Source: Candidatus Woesearchaeota archaeon
GTDB taxonomy: Archaea; Nanobdellota; Nanobdellia; Woesearchaeales; ARS49
Direction of reading: 5' to 3'
Length of the DNA stretch: 27,333 nucleotides
NCBI GenBank assembly: GCA_003694525.1
Contig: RFLK01000086.1
Coordinates: 1-27,333, forward strand
Of this stretch, positions 24,657 through 27,333 are shown in pieces (positions within the stretch are counted from its first letter, which is position 1; every line of letters starts with the position of its first letter). The translations under genes and the position numbers were made by a program. The notes under the pieces were generated by a model. It saw only the letters and a program-made list of their open reading frames with translations, was not told where the DNA came from and made no database searches.

Positions 24657-27065
24657 CTAAAAGCTTCCAAGGGTTTTTTGTCTGACATCAGCAAGAAGTG
24701 CTTGAGAATCAATGCCCAGAGCTGAGAAGATTCTCTCAACTCCGGGGATTATCTGGTTTTGAACATAGTATTCCCCGTCGTATTCTCTCTGTTCTATCTC
24801 GTCAGGAAGCCTTACCTTGTCGCGTATTCTCCCGCTTCCTTTTGTTACAACGTAGGATACTATGGTTCCAGCGCCTACTCTCTCGCCTCTCTCTTCAAGC
24901 ATTTTTGCTGCGGCAACGTGCGGGCCTATTGATGAGTAGCTTTGAGTGGATCTTGATAGTTGTGTTCTTATTACTACTTTCTCTATTGGAAGTGAGTTCT
25001 CTCTCAGTTTGTTTATTGTGTCTTTGACGAACTCTTTTGCTTTTGAGACATTTTTTTCTTTGAGTATTATTTCGAGAACTTTTTGTTGGGTTTCTTTTGC
25101 AATTGTGCTCCAGTTTCTTCTGACCGTCTCGAAGCCTTTTATTGTTATATTATCGTCCTCGCCTAGAAGAGCATATTTTTTCTTTGCGCCTCCTTCGCTT
25201 CCCTTCAGCGCCACAAACAGCCCTGCAGGGTAGTATCCTTCATATTCAAGTTCCATAAGCTCTGGCAGTTTTTTGTTTATCCCCCTTGCAAGTGATTGAG
25301 CATCTTCTCTTGTTTTCTCTCCCAATAGAAGGAATACTGAATCTGTGTCCGAGTATAGTACTGTAAATCCTGCATTTTGGGCTTCATCTATTGCATCGTG
25401 TATGTATTTTCGCGCCCAGGCTGTTGTTGCCTCTGCGCATTCTATGCAGTACCAGCGCGATGGGGCAAATCCCATATACCCGTAAAAGCTGTTCGCAAGG
25501 ACCTTAAGCGCGTCAACTCTTGCTCTCAAGAGCGGGTCGTTTTTCTCTTTAAGCTCTTTTTTTATCCTTGCGCGAAGTAATATCAGCTCCCTTATGGTTT
25601 CGCTGAAAAGCCCTCTTTTTTTTGTGCAGAATTTCAGCTCTCCCCTCTCTGTGCCTATTGAGTTTTCATCGCCCGCACAGCAAGGACAGTTGAAAGTTCC
25701 TCTACTTATGTTGTGGGATGCTATTATTGATGGGTATAGTGATCTGTAATCAAATATTGCTATGTTCTTGTAAAGACCCGGTTTTGGCTCAAAGACAAAA
25801 GCTCCTTGCACGTGCTCGCGCATTCTCTCAGCCTGTTCCCTGTTGCTTGGCTTGTTAAGAATAATCTCGCCTCTCCCGCTTGCTTTGCGTATCAGGTACC
25901 ACTCGACAAGTTGTGAGAAGCTCATTCTGTTTATCTCATAAGGTGATAAGCCTATCAGTCTTACAAATTCTATCAATGATGGTAGAATTTTCAGGGTGAG
26001 ATCATATGTTAGCTTGCAGTCCCTCAGATTGTACTCGGCGAATTTTTCAAGCTCGCAACTCCCCTCATCCCATGCTTTGAACATCTCTTCCATATTTATG
26101 TCAAGTTTTCGCTCTCCTAAAAGCTCCTCGCTCACTGCATCAAGGGAGTAGCTGTCAGTCTCAAGGGATCTTCCGATCACTCTGCGTATGAATTTTAGAA
26201 TGTCTATGTGCGCGATTCCTGCAATTTTGGCCTCGCTCTCTCCTCTGCTTTTTATTTTTACAGGGCTGCCATCAAGCCCTATGTCAAGCTTTATCTTGTT
26301 TGATTTTGCTCTCTCTGCAAGGTATGGAAAATCAAAGCCGTCTGTGTAGTACCCTGTGATGAAGTCTGGAGAGTATTCTGCTATATGCTTTTTCATTCGC
26401 TCTATCATATCGGCTTCGCTGTCCGCAAACTCTATGTTTTTGCTCTTGTTTGGAAACTTTTTCCAGGTTATCACTTTTGAGAATCCTGTCCCGTACAATC
26501 CTATCATCAGTATCGGGTTTTTCTTTGGGTTTATGCTCTTGTTTGGACTGTAGGTTTCAATATCGATTGATAGGATTCTGGGTTTTGAAATTGCTTTTTG
26601 CTCTTGCCATATTTTTTTTGCAAGATAGCAGGGAACTTTAAGCTCGCTCTGAACTCTCTCGCATTCTGCGTGCGTGAGCTCTAATGGAGTTATGTTTTTG
26701 TCTATTAGGTATCTTCTTGTGAAGAGTATGTCGTACTCGTAGGTTTTCTCAACGCCAGGAACATCTTTTGCTGCCTTGCTGAGTGCAGGGACTGCTTTGG
26801 GCAGGTTCACATAGACTTGAATTACGCTTTTCTCTTCCTCGTTTATTCTCTTTGATTTGCGCTCTATTCTCACAACCTTGTATTCGCCTTCTTGAAGTGC
26901 CAGTATTTCGCTCTCATCAGGGTCCCCTGTTATTGTGAAATATGGCCAGAACTCATCTTCAATGCATACAAGCTCTCCTTCCTCGCTCCGCCCGAATAGT
27001 CTTATGACTGGCTTTTCTTCTCTAACAGAATAAGATGCGTCTGTTGGATAAAATGATATTTGCAT
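24657..27065 (-). CDS. polB: Family B DNA polymerase (archaeal PolB3-like), intact and intein-free, 802 aa
   Basis: ExoI SIDIET, ExoII FDFPYL, ExoIII YNLRD, motif A FDYRSLYPSII, motif B KVLANSFYGY, motif C YSDTDS, KKKYAL, and the C-terminal PIP-like QKTLGSF. Confidence 0.97.
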   Translation of the reverse strand: MQISFYPTDASYSVREEKPVIRLFGRSEEGELVCIEDEFWPYFTITGDPDESEILALQEGEYKVVRIERKSKRINEEEKSVIQVYVNLPKAVPALSKAAKDVPGVEKTYEYDILFTRRYLIDKNITPLELTHAECERVQSELKVPCYLAKKIWQEQKAISKPRILSIDIETYSPNKSINPKKNPILMIGLYGTGFSKVITWKKFPNKSKNIEFADSEADMIERMKKHIAEYSPDFITGYYTDGFDFPYLAERAKSNKIKLDIGLDGSPVKIKSRGESEAKIAGIAHIDILKFIRRVIGRSLETDSYSLDAVSEELLGERKLDINMEEMFKAWDEGSCELEKFAEYNLRDCKLTYDLTLKILPSLIEFVRLIGLSPYEINRMSFSQLVEWYLIRKASGRGEIILNKPSNREQAERMREHVQGAFVFEPKPGLYKNIAIFDYRSLYPSIIASHNISRGTFNCPCCAGDENSIGTERGELKFCTKKRGLFSETIRELILLRARIKKELKEKNDPLLRARVDALKVLANSFYGYMGFAPSRWYCIECAEATTAWARKYIHDAIDEAQNAGFTVLYSDTDSVFLLLGEKTREDAQSLARGINKKLPELMELEYEGYYPAGLFVALKGSEGGAKKKYALLGEDDNITIKGFETVRRNWSTIAKETQQKVLEIILKEKNVSKAKEFVKDTINKLRENSLPIEKVVIRTQLSRSTQSYSSIGPHVAAAKMLEERGERVGAGTIVSYVVTKGSGRIRDKVRLPDEIEQREYDGEYYVQNQIIPGVERIFSALGIDSQALLADVRQKTLGSF

Positions 27066-27089
27066 AAGCTTTTTTTAGAAAGCGTATTT

Positions 27090-27332
27090 TTAAGCCTTCT
27101 GAGTTGTATTGAGTTTTTCAATTCGATTTAGCAAGCTTTCCAGGTTTTTCACGATTCTTTCTTTATGGTGCATTTCTGTGAAATATTCTCTATATTCTTC
27201 GTATCTTTCAGGATCTGAAGACACCAGGATTATTGGAGCTTTGATTCCATCAACTCGCGCTCTCTTGGCAAATTCCCCTCCAGATTTTCCGTTTATATTG
27301 CCATCAACCAGTATTGCATATGCGTCTTTTAC
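27090..27332 (-). CDS. 3' part (80 aa, truncated by the window edge) of a CheY-like response-regulator receiver domain protein
   Basis: Not in the ORF track. ...VKDAYAILVDGNINGKSGGEFAKRARVDGIKAPIILVSSDPERYEEYREYFTEMHHKERIVKNLESLLNRIEKLNTTQKA*. It shows the ILVD phosphoacceptor-like Asp, G.SG.E, PIILVS and a late Lys. Confidence 0.65.
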   Translation of the reverse strand, partial: VKDAYAILVDGNINGKSGGEFAKRARVDGIKAPIILVSSDPERYEEYREYFTEMHHKERIVKNLESLLNRIEKLNTTQKA

Positions 27333-27333
27333 C

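Noticed and set aside
24657-27065. Intein or split gene in polB (and intein in lhr)
   Set aside because: The lengths and motif spacing are those of uninterrupted proteins, and there are no intein splice-junction or LAGLIDADG motifs.
1-27333. CRISPR arrays, tRNA/rRNA genes, IS elements, integrases, stop-codon recoding
   Set aside because: I saw no regularly spaced repeats, cloverleaf or T-loop motifs, transposase motifs or terminal repeats. TGA, TAA and TAG all terminate conserved genes at the expected lengths. This was by eye only; tRNAscan-SE and Infernal were not run.

Overview
Archaeal chromosomal window with mostly minus-strand genes. A DPANN/Woesearchaeota-like lineage is inferred from the mix of proteasome beta subunit, aCPSF1, L15e, archaeal-type ProRS, Lhr, an intact family B polymerase, BRE/TATA promoters and a bacterial-type grpE-dnaK-dnaJ operon. 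I saw no rRNA, tRNA, CRISPR array, intein or mobile element. The housekeeping genes are interleaved with poorly characterised ones: a hydrophilic protein with PAP2-like catalytic motifs, a 7TM + winged-helix pair, a DUF3467 / wHTH / (p)ppGpp-hydrolase-like HD operon divergent from the DnaK operon, and a lipoprotein-like Gly-tailed protein 1 nt upstream of a 1964-aa adhesin containing a long pentapeptide solenoid. Reading the DNA directly gave five coding regions missing from the ORF track: the aCPSF1 5' end, a 48-aa SHOCT-like protein, a 58-aa membrane microprotein wedged between dnaK and dnaJ, a 54-aa hyperacidic DSS1/Sem1-like peptide after rpl15e, and a CheY-like receiver 3' end. The best candidate for an undescribed system is a chaperone/stress regulon: a perfect 8-1-8 palindrome lies at the predicted grpE transcription start, opposite the regulator operon. 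All family assignments come from motif recognition by eye, not from database searches.
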